From IMG/VR virus record IMGVR_UViG_3300037483_000453, positions 1 to 64,000 of that record: DNA of 64,000 nt, one strand, 5' to 3'. How positions within the stretch are numbered: position 1 is the first letter of the stretch; each line of letters begins with the position of its first letter. The notes beneath the pieces were generated by a model. That model searched no databases. It saw only the letters and a program-made list of their open reading frames with translations, and was not told the origin of the DNA. Position numbers and translations under genes: made by a program. Source of the stretch: a virus. Below, in pieces: positions 9,001 through 18,497 of the stretch.

Positions 9001-10152
9001 GCAGACCCTGTTCCGGGGTTGGCCGGTAAGGTGCTTACATTTTCCATCAACAATGGACCAAATCTTGTTCTGGCGTTTATTCGAGATGACATCAGCTTGG
9101 CTCCTACTGAGGTCAGTCGGGACGGTGTGGTAGCGCAGATCAATGCTGCGGTGGGGCTTAATATTGTCAGCCTGACTGGGTCTAACGAGCTGGAGTTTGA
9201 GGCGGATGCAAAGATCATTGTGCGCCCCGGGACGGCTAGCCCCCTTATCCTTGGCCCAGTCGCCGGCTCTACCAAGGACTTTGATGTTGAGGATGTGACC
9301 AACGTATCACCACATGCTGCTGGCAGCCCCTACACCATCGCAGCAATCACGGCGACCACCCTGACTGTTGTTTCTACTGCTGCCTTTGGCCCTACCGCGC
9401 CCTTTACCGGGCCCACGCTCAGCCGACAGGGTTTCAGGGTGCAGCGACCAGGGGTGCAGAGGATTACTACTACTGCCATGGCGGCACAGCAGGCCGAGGC
9501 GGGCTTGTACTATTTTGATGTAGAGCTTGTAAGTGAGGGCGTGGGCGACCTGTGGAACATCAGCTCTAAGCTCCAGCTCTTTGTCGATGTGTTTCGGTCA
9601 GACGGGTATTATCTGACCACCGATGACCCCAATCTCACATTCTCTACGGTCGAGAGACCTAAGTTGGTTATCTCCAAGTCCATACTTGAGGAAGGTGTGG
9701 ATGACTCTCCGACCAATGCCACCCAAATAGTGGGACAGAATATCCAGGTTACCTATGAGCGGAGTCAGCTGGTAGCGAATGTACAGGCGTTCGTAACTTC
9801 AGAGACAGAGCGTGTGCAGTGTGAGAGCGCTCTGGCCCGGCACCTTATTCCACACTACGTTCGATTTGACCTGAGGTATGTCGGCGGCTCTACAGAGGAG
9901 CTGGTTGTCCGGGACACCGAGCAGTACATTCGAGATCTATTCCCTGAGGATGCGCTCGAGTCCAGCGATCTACAGAAGCTGGTGACTGACCGTGGAGCTA
10001 CCTCCATCGACAACCCTTTGAACCTTATTGCAGTGGTCCATAATGTTGACCGGTCGAGGCAGGTCACCAGGTCTCAAAACTCGTTGACGACTGGGAGGCT
10101 AGCTGCGTTTATTCCAGACGTCTTGAACATTCAGCGCGACATTCTGTCGTAG
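6010..10152 (+). CDS. Large baseplate wedge protein (baseplate J-like, 1380 aa)
   Basis: NLIAESPGDDYNI..GEL, GEDADTAEQFIDRA..LTERSLVT as in baseplate J domains; beta-rich inserted domains. Confidence 0.75.
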   Translation: MAVRDIEAFLKERAARFDPNLDLTSGSPFDIQVVQPLVRRLGTDPFSVDLSTFLDARIRQAFPDMAVDEGDALADLLIKPNTLLWDPIVREITRVKQNLSFQDPTALSLEEAEALGANLFAERRSGSYARGMGRVFFSQPQNISISPINYFSSKGGLRFFPTEAQTIKTDEMLVNPAPDGSYFFDINLIAESPGDDYNIGKGELTSIANVEAAVRVTNLRRFRQGEDADTAEQFIDRAKGELTERSLVTLRGISAQLTRAFPEVRRLNVVGFNDPEMQRDVVKGGGYGPIIVSGQLGMVGDDGENKAASRRFITTEEDFTSIIGPSSLLPKGFVLTVANGVDDSAAPVFQDFAVLAVRGSDTIDIEEQVLGIGFSDLLWSLRKAELTLSSIPGGILFPDGPQGTVAIADDEIHIGGTTDMYIRGTGFDENTIILDNVTDDDKELSGLQAQPAALPQLAVDGFLLADLVTGTDYSINSETFRLLDRAGRDGLTLQIVAGLTSTNLGVYRVVGVSQINGQPVELQVSPTPPAIDGTDYRWHLFDQVNIDLIDPKETRITAGGLVTTQNSDIVQASPSINFSGLGVAEGDTLRILQGPDAGDYRLLQNPIAPGFDKLQLDTALKNTSSSLSFTVFRANSAGPLELPLVRITRLELLDSSNQPLGTTIPYAKPVDIQSRAFQNPARGVKHALIDVELGIISLVFPRVGLTGRTLEITVLQADSSEVSTSVVFTGDTSAIAVADINAALGVLGYNTSAFEFIRSGGTAVAFRPTGVGLILTSGTSLSLLFGDDERRSTADIRSATVNALPDSPGAGVSGWDELSPPVDFVTGLDLVQVVDGNQVGFYRSPYSGPPSTTRLFPNTTGSGSGVDTRALIIRDVTVLHDESTRQFAPEDNVQLELGSRSLGSVRCYFLEPTSIEFDQNSFFYVDTDAGTLRFLPDPSLPAQLLPPLPSDNKSNDGSATDGGTVFTSLSQDFLQAGVETGDELVIDYVPITGTVSLADPVPGLAGKVLTFSINNGPNLVLAFIRDDISLAPTEVSRDGVVAQINAAVGLNIVSLTGSNELEFEADAKIIVRPGTASPLILGPVAGSTKDFDVEDVTNVSPHAAGSPYTIAAITATTLTVVSTAAFGPTAPFTGPTLSRQGFRVQRPGVQRITTTAMAAQQAEAGLYYFDVELVSEGVGDLWNISSKLQLFVDVFRSDGYYLTTDDPNLTFSTVERPKLVISKSILEEGVDDSPTNATQIVGQNIQVTYERSQLVANVQAFVTSETERVQCESALARHLIPHYVRFDLRYVGGSTEELVVRDTEQYIRDLFPEDALESSDLQKLVTDRGATSIDNPLNLIAVVHNVDRSRQVTRSQNSLTTGRLAAFIPDVLNIQRDILS

Positions 10153-10467
10153 TTATTGTGGATCAATGATGGGTATGGTCTCAACGGGTGTCTTCGATGC
10201 ATCACCATATTCCACAATGAGATTGCTGTGCGGGTCGATAAGGTAACGGCAGTTGACACAACGTAGTAGTGACCGAGGAGTCATCACACTTGGGTCAGCA
10301 AATACATGGCGTGGATCTAGTTCTTTTTGCAGACCACATAGGCATCTGGGGCACTTGAAGCTCTCATAGGAACCACTAATCTGGTCTACCTCAGGAGTAA
10401 GGACGTCTTTATGCCCTTCCAGGGCTGCCCACACTAGTTTTGGGTCCATCTCTTTAAAGGTAGGCAT
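10153..10467 (-). CDS. Zn-ribbon protein
   Basis: CPRC...CVNC motifs; stop abuts the baseplate stop exactly; divergent from 10503. Confidence 0.7.
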   Translation of the reverse strand: MPTFKEMDPKLVWAALEGHKDVLTPEVDQISGSYESFKCPRCLCGLQKELDPRHVFADPSVMTPRSLLRCVNCRYLIDPHSNLIVEYGDASKTPVETIPIIDPQ

Positions 10468-10502
10468 GGCTCAGAGCCTATCTAGGGTAATATAGAGGTG
10501 CA

Positions 10503-11480
10503 ATGGCTGTCACCGCGCTCATCAAGTTCACCCAGGGTCTCTCGGTCGGCGCACCAGGCGTAGCTCAGGCCGGCGTGCCGGCCGTTCAGGTTGATGTAGA
10601 GAACGACGATCCTACGGATATCGCGTCGTGGAAGATCGATCTGGTGTACGTGCCCCCAGGAAGCTCTGTATCCATGGGTACCCTGGCTACGGGCAACACA
10701 AACATGCCCTACGCCAACTTCTTACCGGACGCGGTTCCTGGCACCTACCGGCTGATGCTGTTGGTCTACTCAGGCAGCGGTCAGACTGGTCAGGTCAGCA
10801 CTGATATCCGCTGTTTTGTAGTGCCGGACGCCAACGGCATCATATTTCCTCCTTACCAGGAGCTACCAAGGAAGCTCCCCGTGCTGAACTCGGGTTTGCC
10901 TGGTGAGCGGCCTGACGAGCTCAATCTGAATGCACAGCCTTATGGTTGGGATGGTGTGGGTACTGACGGGCTACTGCTCGACTTCATGCGCCGTGTGTCC
11001 ACAGCGCTGGGGTCTGCGGTTAACTTCAGCTTCTTCGACATTCCCGTTTCCGGGGTAACGGTGCCCGCAGGTCAGGAAATGTACGTGAGCCAAGTCATCA
11101 CTGGGCCGGGTATTCTTACGGTGGACGGCTTTGTCTCAGGCCCACCTGTCACTGCCCCACAAAAGTACGTGATTCAGCCACCAATACTGGCAGCCAGCGT
11201 CAATGATTATGCGCCTGTGGGTATGAGCCCTGCTACGGATGTGCAGGTTGCGGCTTCGACACCCGTTTCCATCACTGGTTTGATGGCTGCCACGGTAGTT
11301 AAAGAGAAAAGGATCACAAACCGAGGCACTGTACCGATTACGCTTGAGCATGACAGCAGCCTGTCAGTTGTGCCAGGTAGGATGCTTTTGCCTTTGAACA
11401 GTCCTCTTGTGATCAGCCCAGGTGACAGTAAGCAGGTGTTCAGGGACCAGCCTACTGGCATGTGGAGGGTTGCTTCATGA
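10503..11480 (+). CDS. Virion structural protein (beta-rich)
   Basis: G/P/V/T-rich composition, structural module context, GAGG SD. Confidence 0.65.
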   Translation: MAVTALIKFTQGLSVGAPGVAQAGVPAVQVDVENDDPTDIASWKIDLVYVPPGSSVSMGTLATGNTNMPYANFLPDAVPGTYRLMLLVYSGSGQTGQVSTDIRCFVVPDANGIIFPPYQELPRKLPVLNSGLPGERPDELNLNAQPYGWDGVGTDGLLLDFMRRVSTALGSAVNFSFFDIPVSGVTVPAGQEMYVSQVITGPGILTVDGFVSGPPVTAPQKYVIQPPILAASVNDYAPVGMSPATDVQVAASTPVSITGLMAATVVKEKRITNRGTVPITLEHDSSLSVVPGRMLLPLNSPLVISPGDSKQVFRDQPTGMWRVAS

Positions 11481-11519
11481 CTTCTCCAGTAAGTGGTCTG
11501 ATGGTATAAAGGTAAGACG

Positions 11520-12005
11520 ATGCCTACTGGAATAGAGATAAGCCCAGTTGACCCGGGAAACCCAGCAGAGATCCCACCGACTGCAGCTCCGGGCAAGAAG
11601 CTTTTGTTTCTCAGCTCCATCGATGGTCTGATGTACGTGCGCGATGATGCGGGGGTTGACAGCCCCTTGGGTGATGCTGCTGCAGCAGATTTTGTGCATA
11701 ATGCCACTGTCGGCATTGGTGACAGCCCTTACAGCGCGTCATACCGGGAAACAGTGGCAGTCAATCCTACCGGTGTGGGTGGCGTGGAGGTTGTTTTACC
11801 AAATCCCAGCACGAACCCAGGGCGTAAGGTCCAAGTCGTAAACGAGACTGCAGTTGAGAATGAAGGTGCTCCAGCCTTCTCTGATGACATGATTACAATC
11901 AGTACGTTGGCCGGCAACATCAATGGAGCTTCAAACGACACCCTCACTACGCAATACGAGTCCCGTACCTACGAGGCTCGTAATGGCAACTGGGTTGTAA
12001 TCTAG
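11520..12005 (+). CDS. Putative virion/fibre-associated protein
   Basis: Context; C-terminal beta segment similar to short domains found in fibre proteins. Confidence 0.6.
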   Translation: MPTGIEISPVDPGNPAEIPPTAAPGKKLLFLSSIDGLMYVRDDAGVDSPLGDAAAADFVHNATVGIGDSPYSASYRETVAVNPTGVGGVEVVLPNPSTNPGRKVQVVNETAVENEGAPAFSDDMITISTLAGNINGASNDTLTTQYESRTYEARNGNWVVI

Positions 12006-12013
12006 GAATAGGC

Positions 12014-14458
12014 ATGGGACTCCGATCAGACGTAATCCGCAGACAGAAGCTCAACAGCGACTACAAAGAGGCTGTCCGCACTGTCGTAGGCATCGCGGCA
12101 TTGCCAGCCTATACAACCGACGGGCAGGTCATCACAGCGGATGCAGCGGGGCCACTGCCTGCGCAGGCTAGTGTGACCCTCGCACTAAACGACAGTGTTC
12201 TTCTGGATGATGCGGTACCTAACGTCGATGCAGGTATCTACAAGATCACACAGTTGGACCCGTTTGAGTTCACACGCCGCAGTGACTTCAACACCAGCGT
12301 GGCTATCACCGCGGGTGCTGTGGTAAAGGTTGAAGAGGGTGACTTTGCTGGCACAGCCTTTGAGCTCCTGACTCCCAACCCCATTGTACTCAATACGACT
12401 CCCCTAGACTTTGATGTTGAAACGTCGGGGCTGGGGTTTGAGCCCGGTCTTCAAACTGGGTCCTTCAACGCTGATGCTGGTAAGATCTATGTTTGGGACA
12501 CTAGCGACCCTTCGGTAGAAGCTACACTGCCGGCAGCACCCGCCGATAAGGCCATGGTTGGGTTCCTTGGGGACCCCACGGCGGGTACCCTAGGTGCGCT
12601 TGAGATTGAGGCAGGCACTAACGAGATCCTCCGGCCAGGCTTTGGTGATGAGTTTAGTATTCCCGGCCGCACTGGATACTTGCTGCATACGTTCCAGTTT
12701 CGACAGACAGGTGGGGCGGGCGTTGGATACTGGGTCCTCACCACGGGCGATGCGGGGGCGTTGCTGCGCACCCATGATTACAAGGATGCGGTCCGGCTTG
12801 CGACCACAGCTGCCCTCCCTGCATACACACGGGTGGGTAATACCATCACGGAGAACGGCAACGGTGCACTGCCGGATCAAGATGGGGTGACACCATTTGT
12901 AGGGGAGTCGTTTCTGCTTCTCAATGGCGCTGCGGGAGCTGACAACGGGATTTGGGACGTAACAGACCTAGGCTCAGGCGCGACTCCTTTTATCTTGGAT
13001 CGTCGAGAAGACCTCTCTATCTCAGACCAGGTTAACTCTGGCCTGGTCGTTCCAACTGGACCAGAGGGTACCGAAAACGGATCGAAGATTTTCATCCTTG
13101 CGACTCCACAACCGATTACGCTCAACACGACAGCTTTGAGCTTCATCGCGGTTGGCGACGCCAACGCCATTCACAACAATGTGGCATCTGAGATTTCCGC
13201 CTTGGCGTTGGTCACAGCTGCGGCCGGCGATCACATCCTGATTGAGGATGCGGATGACAGCAACGCCAAGAAGCGTGTAGCAGCGTCGGATTTCCTCGGC
13301 GGAGGTGGTAACGCCTATACGGCGTTTGAGCTAAATACCGAAGCCAACGATGGCGAAACCGTCGATGTTGCGAAGCTCTACATCATCGCCGAAAGCGCCG
13401 ACATGGGGCTTCGCCTTCCAGCCACGGGCGGCATTTCCATCGGGGACTCGGTTTTCTTTATGATGGCCGGTTCCGGCAAGCGAATCGTGATCGAAACGAA
13501 TGACCGCTTCGGGGTGGGTGATGAAGCGATCATCGGCGAGGGAACCACCGGCTCGCAGTACTTCCTGATTGCAGGCGAGTCCGGCGCCCGATTCATGTTT
13601 AGGTACACGGGCACCGGAGCCGGCGTTCCAGTATGGGAGGTCACATCACTCGATGTGCCATTTACAGCGCCGGCAAGGGTCGTCGAACAGGCGACCGCCA
13701 GCGCATTGCCAGCCTACACACCATCAGGAACTGACGAAGACGCTATTCTCACGGCCGATGCTAACGGTGCGTTGATTATTGATGGGCAGCCAGCACAAGT
13801 GTCGGATGCACTCAAGGGTGGCGTGCTGGTCAAGAACGAGACAGGAGGGGATGCTGGGAATAACGGAGTGATGCAAGTGCTCCAGGTGGGCGATGGCAGC
13901 AATCCTTGGATCCTGCGTAAGCGCATCGATTGGCATTTCTCCGATGTCATCGCGTTGGGCGCAACCATTTCAGTCTCTGCGACTAACGGGTTTGGTGGCA
14001 GCAACGAAGGCAAGACGTATGTAGTTAGGCCGGGAAGCAGCGTTTCCAACCAACTGCCCGAGAGCTTCAAAGAGCGCAGTCGCATCGAGGATTTGAGTGG
14101 TGACGGGTGGGGGTTTACGTCTGGTGTGGCAACGGACGTGACCACATCTATCCAGACGTTGGCGAATGACACAGCGGTGTCTGTTCGGGTGCGGACTATC
14201 GCACAGGACGATACATCCAACGAGATGGCCGTTTATGTCGATGAGGTGGCGATAAAGCGCAACGGAGCCGGCGTCGTAACGGTCGAAGTGGTCGCTCCAG
14301 TCGTCGCACCCTTCGAGGACTTCACGCCCGCTACTGATGCGGTGACTTATGTCGTCAACGGGTCGGCAGTGGATATCACGGTATTAGGGACCGTTGGCCA
14401 CGACGTGGAGTGGCGATCCCAGTTTGCAGCGACGTACCTACCGCTTGGCGGTGGTTGA
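12014..14458 (+). CDS. Tail fibre/appendage protein with three repeated domains
   Basis: Three copies of DYK.AVR...ALPAYT...(G/N)GIY/W...L.R..D module. Confidence 0.75.
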   Translation: MGLRSDVIRRQKLNSDYKEAVRTVVGIAALPAYTTDGQVITADAAGPLPAQASVTLALNDSVLLDDAVPNVDAGIYKITQLDPFEFTRRSDFNTSVAITAGAVVKVEEGDFAGTAFELLTPNPIVLNTTPLDFDVETSGLGFEPGLQTGSFNADAGKIYVWDTSDPSVEATLPAAPADKAMVGFLGDPTAGTLGALEIEAGTNEILRPGFGDEFSIPGRTGYLLHTFQFRQTGGAGVGYWVLTTGDAGALLRTHDYKDAVRLATTAALPAYTRVGNTITENGNGALPDQDGVTPFVGESFLLLNGAAGADNGIWDVTDLGSGATPFILDRREDLSISDQVNSGLVVPTGPEGTENGSKIFILATPQPITLNTTALSFIAVGDANAIHNNVASEISALALVTAAAGDHILIEDADDSNAKKRVAASDFLGGGGNAYTAFELNTEANDGETVDVAKLYIIAESADMGLRLPATGGISIGDSVFFMMAGSGKRIVIETNDRFGVGDEAIIGEGTTGSQYFLIAGESGARFMFRYTGTGAGVPVWEVTSLDVPFTAPARVVEQATASALPAYTPSGTDEDAILTADANGALIIDGQPAQVSDALKGGVLVKNETGGDAGNNGVMQVLQVGDGSNPWILRKRIDWHFSDVIALGATISVSATNGFGGSNEGKTYVVRPGSSVSNQLPESFKERSRIEDLSGDGWGFTSGVATDVTTSIQTLANDTAVSVRVRTIAQDDTSNEMAVYVDEVAIKRNGAGVVTVEVVAPVVAPFEDFTPATDAVTYVVNGSAVDITVLGTVGHDVEWRSQFAATYLPLGGG

Positions 14459-14559
14459 TCGATGGTCTGCGTTACGACGCTTGTCGGTGACTGAGACGAC
14501 CGGTGACTGCCAAACTCGATGGTTAGTTTTGGCGGGGTATACTGGGCACGGAGACTTTG

Positions 14560-17109
14560 GTGGCAGGCAACGACTCTCGGGTATTTGGCAGGTCTCGCCC
14601 ACATAAGCGCCACCTTGTGCGTGGTTCCGGAGGCGTGCAAGCTGAGATCAGCGATCTTCGAGCTGACGTTGACCTGGCCCTGTATGAGTATGAGACAGTC
14701 GGCCAGCTAGCCAAGTTTCATTCTGCCGTGGTGCCCCCAACGGTAACTGACGATACCACCTTGGGCTTTTCTCAGTTTTCCAAGTGGATAGATACCGCCG
14801 CAGGTAGTGAGTACACGTGCATAGATGCCTCTGTCGGGGCTGCTGTCTGGAGTGAAACGACCAATCTAGGTGTAGTGCCTGGGGGTATAGTAGCCAGTGT
14901 CTTTGGTCGCGTGGGCATTGTTACCGCAGCTTCAGGTGATTATCCGGCTAGCCTCATTGCCAACGACTCAGGGGTTGCGGGGGCGGCCGTCTCCGACGCT
15001 TTGGATGCACTGGCAGCTTTGATCCCGCCAGCTGCGCCTGTGACCAATGTCTTTGGGCGTACAGGTGCTATTGCACCAGTGGCAGGTGATTACGCTGCAT
15101 CGCACATAACCAACGACTCGGGTGTGTCTGGGAGCCTTGTGTCCAGTGCTCTGGACACCCTGAATACAGGCAAAGTTTCAACGGCCCGGCTAGTCAGTTC
15201 CGGTAATGGGCTAGTTGGTGGTGGTGACCTAACCGCAGACCGTACCCTCAGTGTTGGTGCCCATCCCGACGGGTCTATTGCAGTCTCAGCCACCAATGTT
15301 CGCGTGGGAGTTTTGGCAACTGACGCGCAGCACGGACCACGCGGTGGTGGCAGTTTGCATGCAGCTGCGAGCGGTGTGTCAAATGGCTTCATGTCCTTCA
15401 TGGACAAGAGCAAGTTGGACGCTATTGCTTCAGGGGCACAAGTTAACACTGTCACGTCTGTGTTGGGCAGGGTGGGTGCTGTTACAGCTGTTTCTGGTGA
15501 CTATGCCGCAACTCAGGTATCCAACGACTCATCTGTTGCTGGGGCGACTGTTGGGGCTGCCCTTGACACACTTTCGAGCTCAGGTGTGCCATCCACACGC
15601 GATATTGTGGCGGGTGCGGGTCTTGTGGGTGGTGGTGACCTCTCAACAGACCGCACTCTCGATGTGGCTGCACATGTTGATGGCTCGGTCATTGTCAACG
15701 CTGACAGTATCCAGGTTGGCATTCTAGCCACAGACACCCAACATGGTAATCGTGGTGGCGGTGCTCTGCACGCTCTGGCTAGCGGTGCGAGTGCTGGCTT
15801 CATGTCACCTGCTGACAAGCAGAAGTTAGACCTGGTCGACACCGGCATCGGCATAGTTAGTTCCTGGCAGGACACAGCTATAGATAAAGACCTCACTGCA
15901 CCCCCGGGTATGCCCAGTGCTGGTGATCGGTATATTGTCGCAACCCCTGCTACTGGTACATGGGCCACACACGAGGACGATGTGGCCACGTGGGACGGCG
16001 CATTATGGATTTTCGTAACCCCCGTAGATGGGTTTACTGTCTATGTCATTGACGAGAATCTCTACTACACCTTCAATGGAGCTTGGGCGCCTGGTTTTGT
16101 TCCGGCTACCAGATCGTACACAGCTGGCGCGGGCCTTACGGGCGGTGGCGACTTATCGGCAGACCGTACCTTCGACGTTGTAGCTCACGCAGACCAGTCC
16201 ATCGTAGTCAATGCAAATGACGTGCAGGTGGGTGTCCTGGCTACCGACGTTCAGCACGGTGTTCGAGGGGGCGGCACACAGCATGCAGTGGCCGTTGCTG
16301 GTGGGGCCTCGGGCTTTATGCTGGGGACGGACAAAGCCAGGTTAGACGGTGCACTGACTGGTTACATCGATGGTCTCCATGTAGCCAACGACGGTGTAGC
16401 ACCAGACGATGTCGTTACTATCGACCCAGGTGCCGCCCTCAGTGACGACGGCAGCTTTCCTATTGCAGTGCCAGCCACACTGTCCCCCAGCATCATTGTC
16501 AGCGGGCTTGATGGCTTGGATACCGGCACAGTTGCAGCTGACACGTGGTACGCGGTTTGGGTGATTGCAGATACAGCGGGAGTTGAGCCAGTGGGCTCAC
16601 TCATCTCGCTATCCTTCACCGAGGCTGGTCTGACATTTCCGGCGGGCTACGACGTTGCCAGGCGTGTCGGTGCAGTGCGTACGGACGGGTCTGCTGACAT
16701 TCAGATTTTCACGCAGCCGAAATCGGAAGGGCGTAGCCGGTGGACCTACTGGCGTGAGGCTGTTCAGATCCAGACCTCAGGCTCCGCAACGTCGTTCACG
16801 GCTACGGCGGTTAGCGCCGTTACCCGAGTCCCGCCTTCGGCCGTGCGCCAGCAGGTTGCGCTCGCGTCTCAGAAGGATGGAGGAACCGATTTGGCCTCGC
16901 GCTCGGAGGTAGTACCCGATGGCTGGGAGGAGGGGGCTGGTGGTGCCTTCTGGGTCACACGGTCAGGCTTGGATGACCCGAAGGACCCCTATACCAATGG
17001 GTCCCACATATTGCCGGTGGGTCCATCCCGCTTGTTGAGGTACCGCGTTCAACCAGCGGGTGCTGCATTGGTTGATGTCGCGGTGCAGGGGTGGGAGGAC
17101 GTTATCTGA
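14560..17109 (+). CDS. Tail fibre protein with two repeat families and a DUF2793-like domain
   Basis: 3x VFGR.G...GDY.A..ND; 3x GGGDLS.DRT...QHG.RGGG; WQD..IDKDLTAPP..P..GDRYIV..PATG.W is DUF2793-like. GTG 14560 follows GGAG. Confidence 0.78.
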   Translation: MAGNDSRVFGRSRPHKRHLVRGSGGVQAEISDLRADVDLALYEYETVGQLAKFHSAVVPPTVTDDTTLGFSQFSKWIDTAAGSEYTCIDASVGAAVWSETTNLGVVPGGIVASVFGRVGIVTAASGDYPASLIANDSGVAGAAVSDALDALAALIPPAAPVTNVFGRTGAIAPVAGDYAASHITNDSGVSGSLVSSALDTLNTGKVSTARLVSSGNGLVGGGDLTADRTLSVGAHPDGSIAVSATNVRVGVLATDAQHGPRGGGSLHAAASGVSNGFMSFMDKSKLDAIASGAQVNTVTSVLGRVGAVTAVSGDYAATQVSNDSSVAGATVGAALDTLSSSGVPSTRDIVAGAGLVGGGDLSTDRTLDVAAHVDGSVIVNADSIQVGILATDTQHGNRGGGALHALASGASAGFMSPADKQKLDLVDTGIGIVSSWQDTAIDKDLTAPPGMPSAGDRYIVATPATGTWATHEDDVATWDGALWIFVTPVDGFTVYVIDENLYYTFNGAWAPGFVPATRSYTAGAGLTGGGDLSADRTFDVVAHADQSIVVNANDVQVGVLATDVQHGVRGGGTQHAVAVAGGASGFMLGTDKARLDGALTGYIDGLHVANDGVAPDDVVTIDPGAALSDDGSFPIAVPATLSPSIIVSGLDGLDTGTVAADTWYAVWVIADTAGVEPVGSLISLSFTEAGLTFPAGYDVARRVGAVRTDGSADIQIFTQPKSEGRSRWTYWREAVQIQTSGSATSFTATAVSAVTRVPPSAVRQQVALASQKDGGTDLASRSEVVPDGWEEGAGGAFWVTRSGLDDPKDPYTNGSHILPVGPSRLLRYRVQPAGAALVDVAVQGWEDVI

Positions 17110-17717
17110 TGGCCTTCAACGCGATCACAGAGGATAGTACCGGCCGGGTAGTAGAGTGGGGCGCAACTACACTTCGGGCCGCCGGAGCGGGTGAGACCGC
17201 GCACATAGGAACGATCGACGAATCGTCCCAGTCTGTCATTGATACTTGGGGTCCAAACCACACGAAGGTAGTGGCCGGGGACTTCACCGAGATGTCGGCG
17301 GGCGAAAAAGCGGCGGTCGATGTTGCCCTGGCTACCGCCGCTGCCGAGGCAGCCGCGAATGGAAAGTTCAACTACTTACACGCCATCACAGACGTGGCGT
17401 CATTGACAAGCGTGGCTGGTGCTCTGACGATCGACTGTCATCTAGCCAACGAGTTTCGTGTGCTGATGGATGAGGATATTACGTCCATCGTGTTTGGCAA
17501 CGTTCCTGTTGTGGGGAAGGCGATGACTACCCGCATTGTGTTTGTTCAAGATGCCACGCCACGTACGCTGCCTGCGTCGTGGACAGGTGTTGATTGGTGG
17601 ATTCCAGCAGCAGGTGCTCCTGTCATGCCCACGGGCGCGGGTAAAGCCCTACTGGCGGTTGTGTACCACAATGGCAACGAGACCATTGGCACATCAGCTG
17701 CCGAACCGGGAGCTTGA
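17109..17717 (+). CDS. Fibre-associated protein (assembly-chaperone-like N-terminus plus shared ~90-aa module)
   Basis: TGATG coupling; FTEMSAGEKAAVD pattern; C-terminal module paralogous to the internal part of 24877-26595. Confidence 0.65.
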   Translation: MAFNAITEDSTGRVVEWGATTLRAAGAGETAHIGTIDESSQSVIDTWGPNHTKVVAGDFTEMSAGEKAAVDVALATAAAEAAANGKFNYLHAITDVASLTSVAGALTIDCHLANEFRVLMDEDITSIVFGNVPVVGKAMTTRIVFVQDATPRTLPASWTGVDWWIPAAGAPVMPTGAGKALLAVVYHNGNETIGTSAAEPGA

Positions 17718-17723
17718 GATCTC

Positions 17724-17990
17724 ATGGCTGTTTTATCAACTGAAGATCGTCGTCGCGTCTGGGCGCACCTGATGCGACAGGCTGGTTTAGTCCCGCCAGA
17801 CGTTACTAAGCCGGACTTGTTAGCCGCTGTCGGCGCAGCTGACCAGTGGGTAGATGTTAATGCGCCTACCTTCAACTTAGCACTGCCAGCGACATTCAGA
17901 GCAGCCGCGTCAATGCCGCAGAAGGCGCTGCTGCTGGCGTTTGTGGTCATGCGGCGGGCTAACCAACTGCGCACTGAAGAGGACCGGTAA
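17724..17990 (+). CDS. Hypothetical protein (88 aa)
   Basis: ORF tiling in the fibre cassette. Confidence 0.65.
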   Translation: MAVLSTEDRRRVWAHLMRQAGLVPPDVTKPDLLAAVGAADQWVDVNAPTFNLALPATFRAAASMPQKALLLAFVVMRRANQLRTEEDR

Positions 17991-17993
17991 CCA

Positions 17994-18497
17994 ATGGCCA
18001 CCGTCTATCACGAGTTGACACCAGAGGCTGCACAGCCAGCTGCCGCAAGCTTCCCCGAGTTCGTTGTGAATCAAGGGACCAACTTTCCGGTGTCGGGGCT
18101 GGCATTCGACGCAGCCGCAGACGAGTTGTCGTACTGGCGTGTGAGGGCCGTTGAATACGGCTCAGGCGACCTCACGCTAGATATCGATTGGTACGCCGAC
18201 ACGGCATCTAGCGGCGATGTGGTGTGGGCAGCAGCATTGTCCGTGTTGACCCCAGACACAGACTCGCAGGACATCGAGACCGACGCGTTTGCGACGATCA
18301 ACACCGTGACAGATTCGCACCTTGGAACGACGGGGCAGCGGCTTCACCGAGCGACGATTGCGTTGAGCAACCTGGACTCGCTGGCGGCCGATGACATCGT
18401 CACCGTGCAGATCTACCGTGACGCCGACGACGGATCGGACACAATGGCCGGTGACGCTATCTTAGTGATGGCTACACTTTCATATTCCGATGCCTAA
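17994..18497 (+). CDS. Beta-sandwich virion accessory protein
   Basis: ORF tiling; acidic, beta-rich. Confidence 0.6.
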   Translation: MATVYHELTPEAAQPAAASFPEFVVNQGTNFPVSGLAFDAAADELSYWRVRAVEYGSGDLTLDIDWYADTASSGDVVWAAALSVLTPDTDSQDIETDAFATINTVTDSHLGTTGQRLHRATIALSNLDSLAADDIVTVQIYRDADDGSDTMAGDAILVMATLSYSDA

